Positions 23,860-54,492 of a stretch of 64,000 nt of DNA are shown here, in pieces. The DNA is taken from NCBI RefSeq assembly GCF_964204645.1, contig NC_134027.1:11564485-11628484 (forward strand). Direction: 5' to 3'. Every line of letters starts with the position of its first letter. The stretch's first letter is position 1. The translations under genes and the position numbers were made by a program. This stretch comes from Tubulanus polymorphus (taxonomy: Eukaryota; Animalia; Nemertea). Below the pieces are notes generated by a model. The model did not search any database. It was not told the DNA's origin and was given only the letters and a program-made list of their open reading frames with translations.

Positions 23860-24063
23860 CTATATAGTGGCTGATTCGGAACGTGTCAATATCCTACACG
23901 AAAACGCGCAAAAAACAAACTTTTAACGCGCAAAAACGAAATATTTGGTTTTTGCGCGTTAAAAGTTTGTTTTTGCGCGGTAAGATTTTGGGTAAGATTT
24001 GTTTTGCGCGTTTTCGTGGGGGATGAAAAAAAATATTGACATGTTTCGAATCAGCCACCATAG
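23860..24063. mobile_element. Palindromic MITE (CTATGGTGGCTGATTCG terminus family) in the putative 3' UTR of the distal Rho exon
   Basis: gtggctgattcggaacgtgtcaatat / atattgacatgtttcgaatcagccac TIRs and an internal palindrome of aacgcgcaaaaa units; same termini as 28970-30361. Confidence 0.75.
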
Positions 24064-24296
24064 TAATTCTATCATGAAGAATTTTTTTTTAATTTTCGAT
24101 CGATACAATGTAGTAGTATATAGTGCATTTAATGAAAGCCGTGGAATATACAGAGGTATATATACTTTCGTTCACGTCTCATCTTGTTCAGCCAATCGCG
24201 ATTCAACATGAGTGTCATTATTTCTGTTTTCTTTTTTTACAATTCGCATCGAAAATCATCATCATCAATCATCAGCCAAATTTACACCCATTTTAT

Positions 24297-41300
<17,004 letters not shown>

Positions 41301-42765
41301 TTAACGTAGCGTAGCAAAGATCTTCCAACCATCGTAGAGGTCTGGGGCCAGTCACTCTGAAGTTTAAGTTAGAGTTAACCAGTGGATAGTAAATAAAGTA
41401 ACAATCAAAAAATCATCGTTAATATGGTATTCAACCGTTGATTATCTTAAACCAATCTTTGAGCAACCGTTGTAGGAGTCTGGTTCATACTCAAATGACA
41501 CTGCCAAAATATGAAACCCTGTCTCTTTAGCCTATGATTTCATAGTGAATGATTTAGAAGAGCAGGATCCATTTCCACAGATTTTTGCTAGAGTCAATTA
41601 ATGAGATGAGATAAGTTCATTTTTAATGTTCGGGAGTCAATTAAACTAGCCTAACTAACAACCGTGGAACTACCAACCACCAGGAAAATATCATCAACCT
41701 TTCCATTCCGATTCCCTAACGAAAGTGTTAATTGCTGGGGTAAATGTTGTTATTCAAACCCTATTGAGCTTTTATTGGTTTATCAACACAAATCAAGCAG
41801 GTTTACGTCACGATGTTCGTCCTCACACGTACCCGGCCTCATCTGTCGTGGATTTTGAGGTTTTAGTAGGTCAGTGACTCACGGATTCCTCACCAGGTAG
41901 CAGGATCAGGGAAGGAGACAAAGGAAAAGCTGATTTTCTAACCTCTGCTAACTTAAAAGGTATCCGTATATCGAGTTCCTTAGATAGATTGAATCTTACG
42001 AGAGATTCGTGAGATTCAATCATAACCCGGAAATGAAAATATTTTGACAACAAACAAACAAAAATTTTCATCAAATCTCCGTCGATATCAAGCCTTAAAT
42101 GTCATCAATTCAACGCTGAAGAACGAATGCAGGAAACCTGAAGCTTTCGAGAATGTTACAGAGCGATTTAAACTCACCAATTTAGCCCCTAGAAAGGCTT
42201 TAGTTACTCGTTTCAACGCACAAAATATCAACAGACCAAGTCTGACCACACCTCAATTCAGCCTAGAGGGGGATATATCAAAATGGCTGATCTACGTCCG
42301 ATTGCGTCACTTCCGCTTCCAGGGAATGGTAGCTTAACTGGGCCACGCCCGGAAATCGAAAGCAACAATTAGTCATCGACAAAAACAAACTAATTGCACT
42401 ATGACACAAATTAACTCGAGGTCATATGGTATATTTTTTGGGGGAAATAGCAAACGAAATATATTGTCGCATAAAATCACATCGTCTTACACGGCCATGC
42501 AATTATTCGAATTCGGGTTCGGACCCCATGCAGGCTATCTTTCCGACTTCCGGTAAAATTTCATTTTTGAAAATTGAAACGTAATTACATGGTCATTCAT
42601 TCGAAAATTATAAGACAAGAAATTATTTCCCGTTTTATTTCTTTTTAGGGCTCCCATCAATTTCCATATAAACTTAATTGATCCTAATTTCCAAATTTAA
42701 TATGTTGATGTAGTCTATTGCCAGATCATCGGCATATCGACATTTTGCAACAATAAGAATCTTAC

Positions 42766-42880
42766 CGTCAATGTGATCTCTTGTCCAACAACCAAAAAAT
42801 GACAATAATCCAGACATGTAATTCTACCACGGCTATTTGAGAAAAAAAAAAAAATCCTTTATCCGGCAGTGACCTGATGG
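42766..42880 (-). other. Probable non-coding first exon of RhoA
   Basis: strong donor gacg|gtaag at 42765; the ATG exon has an acceptor (tttcag) 9 nt upstream of the ATG, so an upstream exon is expected; 5' limit is a guess. Confidence 0.4.
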
Positions 42881-44244
42881 GAGAGAACGCATTTAATTAT
42901 AAATATTTCTTAATTTTATGCCACTTTTGGTTTGTACATTTCGAGATGATATTACATGTCGCGCATATGCACAGAAATTGATTACTAAAATTGTAGGGAA
43001 TTACTTATATACAATTCTAACCGAGCGCTATAAATAGACGGCTCTCTGAAGCGGCGCGCGCGCGCGTCGCTGTAATCCAGTCATCGTTCATAAATAACCG
43101 GTATGAACTGCTCATTGTCTTTCTGCGCTAACGAAAATGTATTTTGTTAAAATTACTATTTGTGTAATTCAAATATTCAAATCTTTATTCAAAAAAGATA
43201 CTTAGTGAAAATAATCAACAAGAAAACTGCGAAAGGAAATTTAGTTGGGTATGTTCCGGCGCAGCTATAGGAGCCGGGAAAATTTGACGCGAGAACTTGT
43301 CGGAGTCCAAACTCGCTGCTGAATCGCAAAAATGCCATTTTCTCGCACGCAATGCCTCGTGGGCCATCGGGCTCGGGAAGTGTCAAGCAACAACTTTCAG
43401 CGATATTTCCTGTAGAGATTCGATGTATCTGCACGGTCCCGCGGCATCTCAATCCAGGCAGCTGGCCACTCACCGCGAACTTCGCCCTCGGGAGACCGGC
43501 CTGGTGTCGATGGCTTCGTTTAATTCCCGAACTCGACACTTGGAGTCCCTGGGGTACTATACCCAGGGTTCGAAGTTACTCTGCGGTTCATGGACCTTCA
43601 TGAGTTCGCCGGGCTTGGAAACGGCACGGCCGGCGACCCGGTGCTGCGGCGCAGCAGCCGGATTTTGACGCCGTCAACGAGGAATTTCGGATTAAAGTTT
43701 GCAGGATTTTGGACCAGGTGACAGTGAGCTTGACTCGTGGTGCCATCAAGACACCACGAAGGGAAGAGCACTCTCGGGCGGGTGTCGGTTTTCGGCTTGC
43801 AACTTAAACTTTAGTATGTCTTTTAATTTCCCTGGCGTTGCAGACATGTTACTCTAATTTCTGTTAGCACCGGTTCCCCAAAAGTCTGATTTGGAGAATA
43901 TAAATGATTACTTGATGATCATCTTTGGTTATTTCAATTTATGTTATTGGGTTTTTGTGAAATAAAGAAATTAATTGAATTGGCCATAGAAGTAATGATA
44001 CTCCGATACATTTGGAGTCATCCTTTACCCTAGCCGTGAGGAAGACAGTAGAATATTCCATCAGGTTCGAATCCTGCGTGAGACAAAAACTAACTGATGA
44101 TTATGATTAAAACCCCTGCTATATTCTATCAAGATTAGTGGAAATGATTGATGATTAACTAACAAAATCTAATTGTCAATAGGCGTTCAGTATTTAATAA
44201 TATGGAGTATTTTAATTTCGACCGAACACGGTCATGTGATCGTG

Positions 44245-44975
44245 GCCAGCGCTGATTGGTCGGTGACTTTTCAGTTCGCTTACACTTGCTTCCTGGTTCG
44301 CGATGTTGTCCTTAGGTTTTTAAGCATTTTAGACAGATTCGCAGCAGGTAACCGCGATTTTCTGGCATTTTCTTTAAAGGAAAATGATGCTCGTGTTTTG
44401 ATCAGTCGCTTTGTTTTGTTCATTCGGACAGATGATGCGAAAATTTGCCATAAATAGATGACGTGTACTAATTTTCAATTCAATTAAAGTAATTTTATTG
44501 TTGCAAATCGTTCTCCTGAATTATCTAGGTAGCGTCTTTTGGCTGATTGCACCTGAATTTTCTATATTACTGTTTTAACTGTTAGCAGCATTATTTCTAC
44601 AATGAATTTAAACCTTATTTCGAAAACCGTAGGCATAGCCAGGCCTACTTCATTTATTATTATTAATTATTGGGTAGATGTTAGGTAAGGTCCTCTTAAC
44701 CGACTCATATTGACTGCCTTGACTTAGAAAACTATTGAAAAATAACTAAAAAATCTGAATTCTCAAATGAGAGTGTACGCGTAATGCTTTCCCACAGTGC
44801 TAGTGTTGCTAGCTCCTGAAACAACTGATTTTATATAGGCCTAACTACATGTAGCTTTTCCCTAAGCTACCTTATAGTAATAAACCGTAAAGCCTCACCT
44901 AACCCTAAACCCTCTTGATACTAACCCTTCTGATCTTCAGACTTATTTTCATTGGTTGAAAAAGCCGCCATTTTG
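44245..44975 (+). promoter_or_regulatory. Probable CRELD promoter / 5' UTR exon region
   Basis: CCAAT box (ctgattggtc ~44251), ETS-like cttcctgg ~44289, donor cag|gtaac at 44348, YY1 consensus ccgccatttt at 44965. Confidence 0.4.
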
Positions 44976-45264
44976 TGTATGACTCAGTTATAGGATCTAA
45001 CATTTAGGCCTACCCATTTATTGCACAGCCACTGCACAGCGCAGGGACTTGTCAGAATTGATAGTGAATGAATAAAACCAGTATTAACGACCAACTCCAG
45101 TATGGGTGTATAGAGCCTATGCAATTGCAGGGATACTGGTACCCCTATCATTGGTCTCGTACATTAGCAAGCATGACAAGTCCATGTGATTTATTGAAGC
45201 CTAAATCATTTATAAATATGTCTTGACTTGTTTGGTTTATGCCTTAGGTAACCAGTGAAAAACC

Positions 45265-48200
45265 ATGAACTACCAGACATTACCAGCTTTATTACTGCTT
45301 TTGTTTGTATGCACCGGATTCAGTGAAGACGCCGTCATTAAGAAATGCGAAGTATGCAAAGAATTGGTGAAGAATTTCAAGGCGGTGAGTAGACATAATG
45401 CGAAGCTTATTCTATCAAATATGTTAGCGAACATATCAATTTTCATGTTTTCAAATATTTGCCAAATCAATTCCCTTAACCAGGCCACCCAATAGAAGCT
45501 GATAGGCTACACAATTTTATTTTCAGGCATTAACATATAATTTGATAATGGCAGAAATTTTACTATAGTAAAGGGTCTATATAAATGGGCTTTGTAATTC
45601 TTTTTAAAGATATGCTCTGCATCTTTTCATATCGGCCTATAGCTTTGTATTCTTAGCTGAGGTATTAATTGACGCCTTATAAAACGTTATAATTATGAAA
45701 CCTTAACAATGTTAACCATTCAGCGTCATTTTACAAACGACAACTGTAAATCGATGTGCAAAATGTCACAGGTCTGTGTGTACACATACAAGCTATTTGG
45801 CAAAATATTATTGACAAATATGTAGAATGTCTTCCTGTGATTATATAATGAGCCCCATTTGAACGTCGAAATGTCATATTGCATTGAATATCATTAGAAG
45901 ACGTTTTGTAATAGTAAAGGATGTATGATTATATCAGAAGCGGCAGGCATAAATAGAAATAAATGAAGAAATCCCACACTTCGAATTTAAAGTTATACGA
46001 TCAAATCTATTATTATGCAACCACAACGTTTCAGCTGTTGACTAACAGCCATGATCAGGTGGATTTCACTTCCATTTCATCATTCCACCTGATGATGGCC
46101 GTTAGTCAACAGCCGAAACGTTGTGGTTTCATGATAATAAATTTGATCGTATAATTCTAAGTGTGGGATTCTTTGACTCAATCTTGGGTCATTTGACAAA
46201 CATGTGAAGTAAAAATTATATGAGAATTCAGTCAGATAAAAACCTGTCACAATTCCTTTAAATTCGAAGTGTGGGATTTCTTCATTTATCTACAGTATAC
46301 ACGGATTATAGTGTCTATTCGAATACTAATAAATAAAAATGATAAGTAAATCGGATTATTCGGTTAAAATGGCGGATGTTTACATGATTTTGAAGTCTGA
46401 TATAAATGTTAAACCCTGACATGGGGATGCTGGTAGAATGACGAAGCTATCTACGAGCTGTGTAGGGCCGGCGTGAATTTTATCGGCGACTACAAGCGGT
46501 CAATATAAAAATGTGTTACATGTGATTTCAATATTCAAATGTTTTAGAAAATATGTTCAATATTAGGGGTATGCAGGTTTCTTGAGATTAGCAATTTATG
46601 ATAGCATAGCTATGATAATAGTATAGGCCTCTGGTCAAAGCCTAATAGCCTATAGAGCTGTGGATTTAACCCCCTGTCGCACTGGGTGGGGCCTTTATTA
46701 AGGATCAGGCAAATTAAGTATAGATTTTCCCCGGCATGCAGCCAGTAAGTTACATAGCTATTCTTGGATTTGATCCCTTATATCCCATTGATCATTGGGT
46801 CATTGGATAAAGGAAGCATAATACCGGTAATGAAGTTAAAGAGTAACAAAGTTAACATAACACAGCACTGCTGTGTCAGCTGAAATGTTGTTTGTTTAAA
46901 GATGTTTTAGTTTGGACTCTGGACGATTCTTAGGGTACCGGTATATCAGACTAATTATAACCATAATCTATGACTAGATTTGTTTGTTGAATGCAGAATG
47001 ATATTCTTGCAGGGTCTACAGCGAACATCCAAGTCTAATTTTGGAGGCGGTAATACTGACTGGGAGGAAAATAGATTGGGTAGCTTTGCCACCAGGTAAG
47101 AATGTGAAAATAATGGGATACTGGCAAGGCTACTGCGGGAAGTGAGGGAATCCGCAAGGATTGCTAGTGGCACTGTGGGCTGGCCCTTCTATTTCATTTA
47201 CATTTCATTTAAATTCGAGTCAAATTTTCCGATGGTAAATCAATTTTCAGTGAAATCAAAACCATACGCTGAATGAGAAAGGCAATCTTACCGGTATATC
47301 TATCCAATAATTTGCTTGATAATTTTTGCATTTGCAAGCCTTAAAATTCAAGTTCAAAATTAATCGAAAATGAACTGATTTTCACTATATGAGTAACCCA
47401 GTGTTTTGTTGCGCCATCTGGTGTTGCTGGTATCCTATTGAGCGTAAAAGTAATCACAAACTGTTGTTTAGATGAATACATTTTATTCAAACATTTTTCG
47501 TTTTTTTTTCAGCGAGACTCGATTGATAGAAATTACGGAAAATATATGCAGTGGTACGACAGATGAAAAGAAGGCACGTATCGGTTAAACTTTGAATGAT
47601 CGAATTCACTTTCGCGGTCAATTTTTGTGTCGAGTTGAAAGAGGAAGTTGGCGTATTTGACATACTCGGGGATTGAAAGATATTTAGAAGTATATGCGCG
47701 CATAAACCAATAATCCCAATAGTGGGTGATGTCATTATAAGCCAATCAGATTTGCGTTTCAGAGTGCCTGGTTCATATCTGTCCAAGAATTTGCCCATGC
47801 GACCTGATTGGGAGAGGGCCAAAAAAAGTTTCTGCAAACAAGCTGTGCAAACAACAAAGCTTCGATAACGTAATAATTATCATTCAGATAAGACAAAGAG
47901 GCTGCTGATAGTTTATGTGGTTTTATTAGTAAAAACTAAAATGTTTCAATTAGCTAGGCAACTATCTTAACTTTGACGATTTCATAACAAAAAAGTCTTA
48001 GCGCTCATCCTCTAAGAATGGGCTAGACGCTAAGCAAGAACCAAAAAGTTTTCCGAGTCTCCCATTTCTAACGCACATGCATGAGGAAGTGCTGGAAAAT
48101 TCGCTAAGCCCCGAGAAAACAGTAGTGCGCAGGCGTCACTACATGTGGGCCCTACGTGTGAACTTTGTTGAGTCCAGCACTTACTAATGCGAATGCATTA

Positions 48201-51200
48201 GAGACAGAAACTCCGGAAACTATGGTTTTTGCAGACACTAAGTCAAATTATGGCTCCTTGCCAAGTGTCTGATGATGATGAAAAAATAGCTTCATAGCTG
48301 ACGTTACAGGCCTACGGCTAGGGGTTCATGCCACGGCAGAGATTCACTGTACAAGGGTGGATGGATACCAGTGAACTCCACTCAAGTTGAGAAATTTGTG
48401 TCCTTCTTAAGTGTTCCGAGTTGATTTGATGCAACTGGAGCTGAGTCCACTCTTAAGGGATGAATGACCCCTTATCAAACTGAATAATTTTTTGTGTATG
48501 TCTGTTTGTTTTAGTGTCACCATATGATGGAAAACGAGGAGGAAAAAATTGAAGACTGGTGGAGAAGAGAATTTTCTAAGAAAAAAGATGCAGTCGACAA
48601 TTTTGAAAAGTGGCTGTGCCAGGATGAATTGAAATGTAAGTCATTTACCAGTAATTCGACACATATGCTGCCAGTTCTGAGTCGTCTTTATACTTCTGCC
48701 AATGTTGGTGGGTTCTTTATGGGCATCAAAAGCAGTGAAAATAACAGTGCGTTGTAAAAGCTTTTAAAGGCTTTGAAAAGCAGTGAATATGGTACGTGAA
48801 AAACCTCACATTCATTATGCATTCAACCCTTAAGCAAATAGTGGAGGACTCCTGTTATATATTGAATTAACCGAATTGCAGAGCTCATTCGTTGTTGAGT
48901 TAATAAAGTCGCTAAACGAAAGGCCGATCTCCCTAATGAATGCTGCTATTGTGTCATGAATGGGTTAAGATATTAGTTAGATTTAGGAACAATTGATGTC
49001 GGTTATAGAAATCCGATGAAGTCCATTGGCTTCTTTACAGACTGTTGCCCTGATAATCATTTCGGACCCGATTGTGGGCCGTGTATTGGAGGAGTCGCGA
49101 GGCTTTGTAACGACAATGGTAAATGCGACGGCGGTGGAACGCGATCCGGTTCTGGTAAATGCAAGTGCGATTCGGGTTACAAAGGCGATATGTGCAACGA
49201 GTGTAAAGATGGTTATTACGAAGAAAGCAAAAACGATACGCATATATCATGCAAAGGTTAGTTCGAAAGTCCCACGATTAATGATATTTATGATTCACGA
49301 TTATCTGATGGTTTCACGATTTACCTATCGAAATCCTATGATATGTAATCCCAAGACCATTAGATAATTCACTATGAATATCATCAAAAATACATTAACC
49401 ACTTATTAATAAAAGCCTGTAAACCACCCATCTTTGGTGGCAAATAGCACACAAATGAATAGTCGTAAAAATATGATCTTGGTAACACTGGTTTCGGCTG
49501 GCTTTCCTCTATTGAATCATTAACTTAATAAAACTTTTTATGCATAGTATTCCTGTCCTCTTTATGTATTTTTGATATCATCAATTGTGAGAATTTCATT
49601 TGTCAGTACATGTCATTCAGGGTCCCTATGACTCCTTGATTCCTTAAAGAAAACTCCTCCTAAACACGAAATGCTTTTAAAGGTGCTTGAAACTCTTTTA
49701 ATTCGAGAAAATTGATCTTCAAAAGTTCTTGAAAACTCCTTCAATTTCGAGAAATAGGCAATTCAAAATTTTTGTCTAGTTTGTAGTTGGACAATAAACT
49801 ATGCCAAAATCAGTACAGGCAGGATTTGTGTTCACCCAGTAAGGCGGTTACCGAATTAGAAATCGAGTTTAGGAAGTATGAAGGATAAAATTGTTTTATG
49901 AAACTATCGAAATTGTGGTTTACCGAGATAAACAATACCGATATAGGAGGAGTCTACGAGAATATGAAATATTCGAAATTTTCTCCTTCAAAACTCCTTA
50001 TACCCAGGAATGACTGATCCTGTAGGGATCCTGCTATTATATGGCTTTTGTGGGGTTTTTCTTGTGTCATAAACATTACCTTCGTATCTCAATTGTCTTT
50101 TATTGATGTAAATGGTGTATTAGCTGTTTATGCCATTCATTTGGTTTCAGTTTGTCATTTATCCTGTAAAAACACGTGTTCAACCGATGGTCCAAAGGGA
50201 TGTGACGACTGTCGCGACGGTTACGTGAAATCGGAAGCCGAAGGCTGTTCAGGTAACGACTCTACACACAAAAGCATAATCTGATATGCCATTGACAGTT
50301 TTTGTAGCGTTTTCAAGGTGTGAATTTCCTTTTGCTTTACAGATATCGATGAATGCAAATTACAAAATCCGTGCAAACCGAATCAATATTGCAGTAATAC
50401 AGTTGGGTCATACGTATGCATGAGTATGTATATTTTGAAGCGCCATGGAAGAAAATCCCTTCTTAAAATATTTTTCATTATACATGTATTTGTTCGCTGT
50501 TTATTGTTTCACGTAGGTTGCGACAAAGCTTGTGAAACGTGTTTGGGCAGTGGCGCGGAAAGTTGTGTGAAATGCAAAGTAGGCTATACTATGGAAAATA
50601 ATACATGCGTTGGTATGTATTTATTATTGCATTTGAGGTCTCTACAGCACCCTGGGGTTGGATGCTCAAAAGTTGGTTGACAACACGGCGAGTGCCAGCT
50701 GCGAATTAACCCATACTTCCGTTTCTGTCACCGGTGCCGGCTACGAATGTATTTGTAGAGATTCTTCATATTTACAATAAGATATTTGCACTTGTGTACA
50801 CGGGAATGACACAGTTCCTGATTGGCTGGTGATATGAACAAACTCTGTTCATTGGTAAATTTTGAGCAAAGGCTGACTATATAACAGCTCCAGTGCCAAG
50901 CAACAAGTATATTTGTGTTGCACTAGGGGGGCAGCACCGTATAATCAAGCCGACAGGCAATGTGTTATAGATAACTGGCAGATAAATACCATAGCAACAA
51001 TGAACATTGCATTGTCACTGTGTCAACTATCCAGTGGTTAAGTCCAACCAACTTTTGAGCAACTGACCCCTTGTGGTCAGTTTACCAGGTCTAGTATGCA
51101 GACCTAGTATTCGGTAATATTGTGATATTCTTCTTATTTCATAGATGTAGATGAATGTAAACTGGGAACGTATACATGTACCATGGAGCATACAGTTTGT

Positions 51201-52421
51201 TCGAATAAGCCTGGCTCCTATACTTGCAAATGCGAATCGGGCTATGAATTTATCGGGGATAAATGCGTTTCGAGGGATCTAAGTAAGTAAATCATTGATC
51301 AGTGGTTTGGTAATGAATGAGAGCGAATGCGAACTTAAGTGCCCCGTGTTCCATGCCCTGAAACCCTGTTTGATAAAATTTGATGTCAATACCAACAGTT
51401 GCAAGTTAGATTTCACTACGGGAGGTTAAAATCATTAGCAGAACTCTCCGTTCCGGGCAACCTTGTTACTGCACATTAAAAAAGCTGAAATAAAAAAGGA
51501 TTGCTTACTATCAAATAACAGTTGACATTGCGTACCTGAGATCCCTAGAAAAAAATTTATGACCTCTTCGTTTTATCGTTGTATACAACTTCCGAGTCAG
51601 ATGAATGGCAATTTTTGGATTATGAATGAACTGATTTAGAAAAAGATTTTCTGGCTTCTTAGGTAAAGTTCGAATGAGGCAATCAATATGTCATTGCATA
51701 TGGTTCTTAAGTATGCAGTATGCAGCGTTGACTGTAGAAGTTTTTTCGCTGTTTCGATAGTAAAATTGTCTTTTTAGGGCCCCTACGACTTCTTGATTCC
51801 TTAAAAACTCCTAATCGGAAAATGCTTTTTAAAGGTGATTGAAACTCCTTTAATTTGAGCAAAATGCCAGAAACTCCTTGAAAACTCCTTCAATTTTGAG
51901 AAATAGGCATATTATAAATTTATAAATCTAGTTTGTAGTTAGTTGTACAGTAAACTATGCCTAAATCGGTACAGTTGGGACCAGGATTTGTTTTTACCCA
52001 ATTAAGGGGAGATAACAGAACCGATTTAGAAGGAGTCTACAGTAACTAGGATATGAAAGTGATGCAGACGCTTCCTCGAAATTTGAAATTTTCTCCCACT
52101 CCTCATATCCTGGAATGACTGACCCTGTTATGTATATTGTTATTTTTTCGCTGATTGGTTGTCTATGATTGTCCCATTCGTTTCACAGTAGCGAACGCTG
52201 ACCAGATCGGCAAACAGCCGGGAAAATCTTCACAGCAAGCGAAGAGGAAGAAAAAGAAGTCGGATAAAGAAGTTCCACCTTATACAATGCATAAATACGC
52301 GGCCGCGATAGTGCTATTCGGATTGACAGGAAAATTTTTGAACGGACACCTCGTAGGCTCATCTTTACTATGTTTGACAATGGCCTTTTTTATCTATAGA
52401 ATTGGTTCCTATTACGGTTGA
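45265..52421 (+). CDS. CRELD: CRELD (cysteine-rich with EGF-like domains; PDI-like), membrane-anchored CRELD1-like isoform, 10 coding exons
   Basis: signal peptide, CEVC, NFGGGNTDWEE, SETRLIEI, EDWW (WE domain), EGF/furin repeats, cbEGF DIDEC and DVDEC; approximate exons 45265-45384, 47012-47094, 47513-47573, 48515-48635, 49041-49256, 50151-50252, 50343-50423, 50517-50612, 51146-51282, 52189-52421; hydrophobic C-terminus. Confidence 0.9.
45960..46287. mobile_element. Penelope-like inverted pseudo-LTR remnant
   Basis: 45960-46063 is the reverse complement of 46084-46170 plus 46256-46287; both arms contain a hammerhead-like core. Confidence 0.7.
46085..46126 (+). ncRNA. Minimal type I hammerhead ribozyme motif
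   Basis: ccac-CTGATGA-t-ggccgtt agtc aacagcc-GAAA-cg-tt-gtgg: conserved core, stem II, stem I ccac/gtgg and palindromic aacgtt in place of stem III. Confidence 0.6.
49618..50033. mobile_element. CAGGG-terminated non-autonomous DNA element (hAT-like), copy 1
   Basis: cagggtccctatga...gtagggatcctg; colinear diverged copy at 51776-52127. Confidence 0.65.
50654..51070. mobile_element. MITE of the ggggccagttgctcaaaa family
   Basis: ggggttggatgctcaaaagttggtt / aaccaacttttgagcaactgacccc; related termini at ~32318-32469, ~39270, ~41343 and ~58984-59129. Confidence 0.65.
51776..52127. mobile_element. CAGGG-terminated non-autonomous DNA element, copy 2
   Basis: shares ccttgaaaactccttcaattt, gagaaataggca, taaactatgcc and ggaatgactga blocks with 49618-50033. 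Confidence 0.65.
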
Positions 52422-54492
52422 TTCGGTGTTGATATTTATACCGGTGAATCTAGTCAGTACTGAATTGTTATTTTCTTCTCCGAACTTTAGCGATAAAGTT
52501 TTGTGAAAAAAGAAGCACAAGCATTGTCGTTTCGATTTCGAATTTTGTGACTGGAGAGATAAACGATATCCAATGAATGACCAAAAGACATGTGTCTTCG
52601 TTTAGGTCATACACCTGGTACGATGGGATTCTGATTTATTGCTTGTATCAGTTTTTTTCCGACCGAGAAAATTTGTCTTACTTCAGTAACCGTATATCTA
52701 AATTCGTACTGTGTAAAATAAAAGTCTTCAATTGAGTGGGAAAAATATTTGAACAAATATCATCTCAATTGGTCAGATCTTACTTTGGTCAGAGGGGGTC
52801 ACCTGTATATTCATGTGTTTTATACTGTTTTGATTATGCTATTTACCTTAGAATTATGCTGGTATGACTCGTACATGTGTAAATGTGTGTGATTAGAATT
52901 GTCTTCCTCCAGACCGTAATGTACATGATTGTCGAATTTAGGCCCAACCGTAGTTTTTGGGAGGATTTTGTTAGTGAATCATGTACTGATCATCACCGAT
53001 AACCAACCTTGTATCAAACATACTGCTGACCTTATGTACGTATTATCAGCTTGTGTGTATTGTTTGATACGAGTTGGACATATACAGTGTACAAATTGAT
53101 CGCCTGCTAGCAACAAGGCAAAAATTTACTGCTTTAAATCATAGATTTTGTTCTCTACAACTCCTTTTTGGGATTTTCAATTTATAAACATTGCAAACTC
53201 TTTGCTTTTTTATGCCCCACTCCCCCTTGTTCACATTGTACTAAACGCTTGCAGTCCAGAAACATAGTCAATTTATTTGCTGGATGTGCTAAAACAACAA
53301 TGGTGTTTAATTCATTGAAGTTCAGTCCAATGAGAACCTTAGTCTAGTGTGCCACTAACGGTAGTCAATGGTTCACACAAGCTCTCCAGTGCTGCATACC
53401 AGTGGCGCTACTTTCACGATTTTATTGCATCATTAGTTTAGCTAGTTTATCTATAGTTGGAGTATGCGTAACCCCTTTCAAAGGCCACTTGCGAGGTCTT
53501 CCACCATTGGTAAAAGATACTTTGAAAAATGGATCCGAAAGATGCAATTTGTGAGAAGATTATTGTCAGATTTGCAGGTTTTAACGAAATCTGTCCTGAT
53601 AAAAAAGGGCAACCTTCATGCTAAGGCAGTGTTCCGGACCCCACCCCCTTAATCCACCCCTGCTACAGCTGCTTAGTACTGGCATTGGACCCCATAGGAA
53701 GCCTTGAATTGTGAGCGCATTTGTCATCACAAGGCAACGTTTTTACCTTCAAGCGTCGTTTCCAAAAAGGTCCGGGTTTTCAGGAAATTGAAATGCCCAT
53801 AAATTCAGTCATGCTACAGGCCTGTATTTCATAGCTTTACACGAACAAAAAAAAAACAATTAAATCTAATTGAAAATCTAATAATTGAACTGGCTTTTCT
53901 GTATAAAATCCAAATCGGTAGGGGTGGAACAAAACGGTCTGTTTGTCCATAGGTTAGTTAGGAAAATGTGAGAATAGAACAGAGTATGTATTAGCAGTTT
54001 GAACGTAAATCATATCATATCAATCATTCAAAAGGAGAATCTCTCATTAGTTTTCTTTATCTGTGCGATTTTTATACTGATATACGCAATAAAAGAAATT
54101 TTTCTAAAAAAATTCATTTTGTTTTTTGTACATGGCTGGCCTGAAGAATGTTCTATTCTATTTCTTTCACAGTGTTTTCCATAGTATTGTATTGATTTAT
54201 TTTGGGATGATTTTGCATGATTTGGGGGTGTGTAATTTTTGTTTGTTTTGATTATATTTACAATTTTTTTTAAACGAATGAAGAGATTAGAATAAACATT
54301 CCTTTACATTCAAAGAGGGTACTAAGTCCCATTAATCCTGATCAAATCTATCGAGTTCAAATCTTTCTAGTTAGCTTATGAAAAGTGAAAAGATCCAATT
54401 TGAAGCCAAATCATGTAAAATAGATTCCAGTGAAAGAATGAGACAATAAGTTGTGAAGGAATGTTTATTTCTGATTTCTTTTCTGTTTGCAG

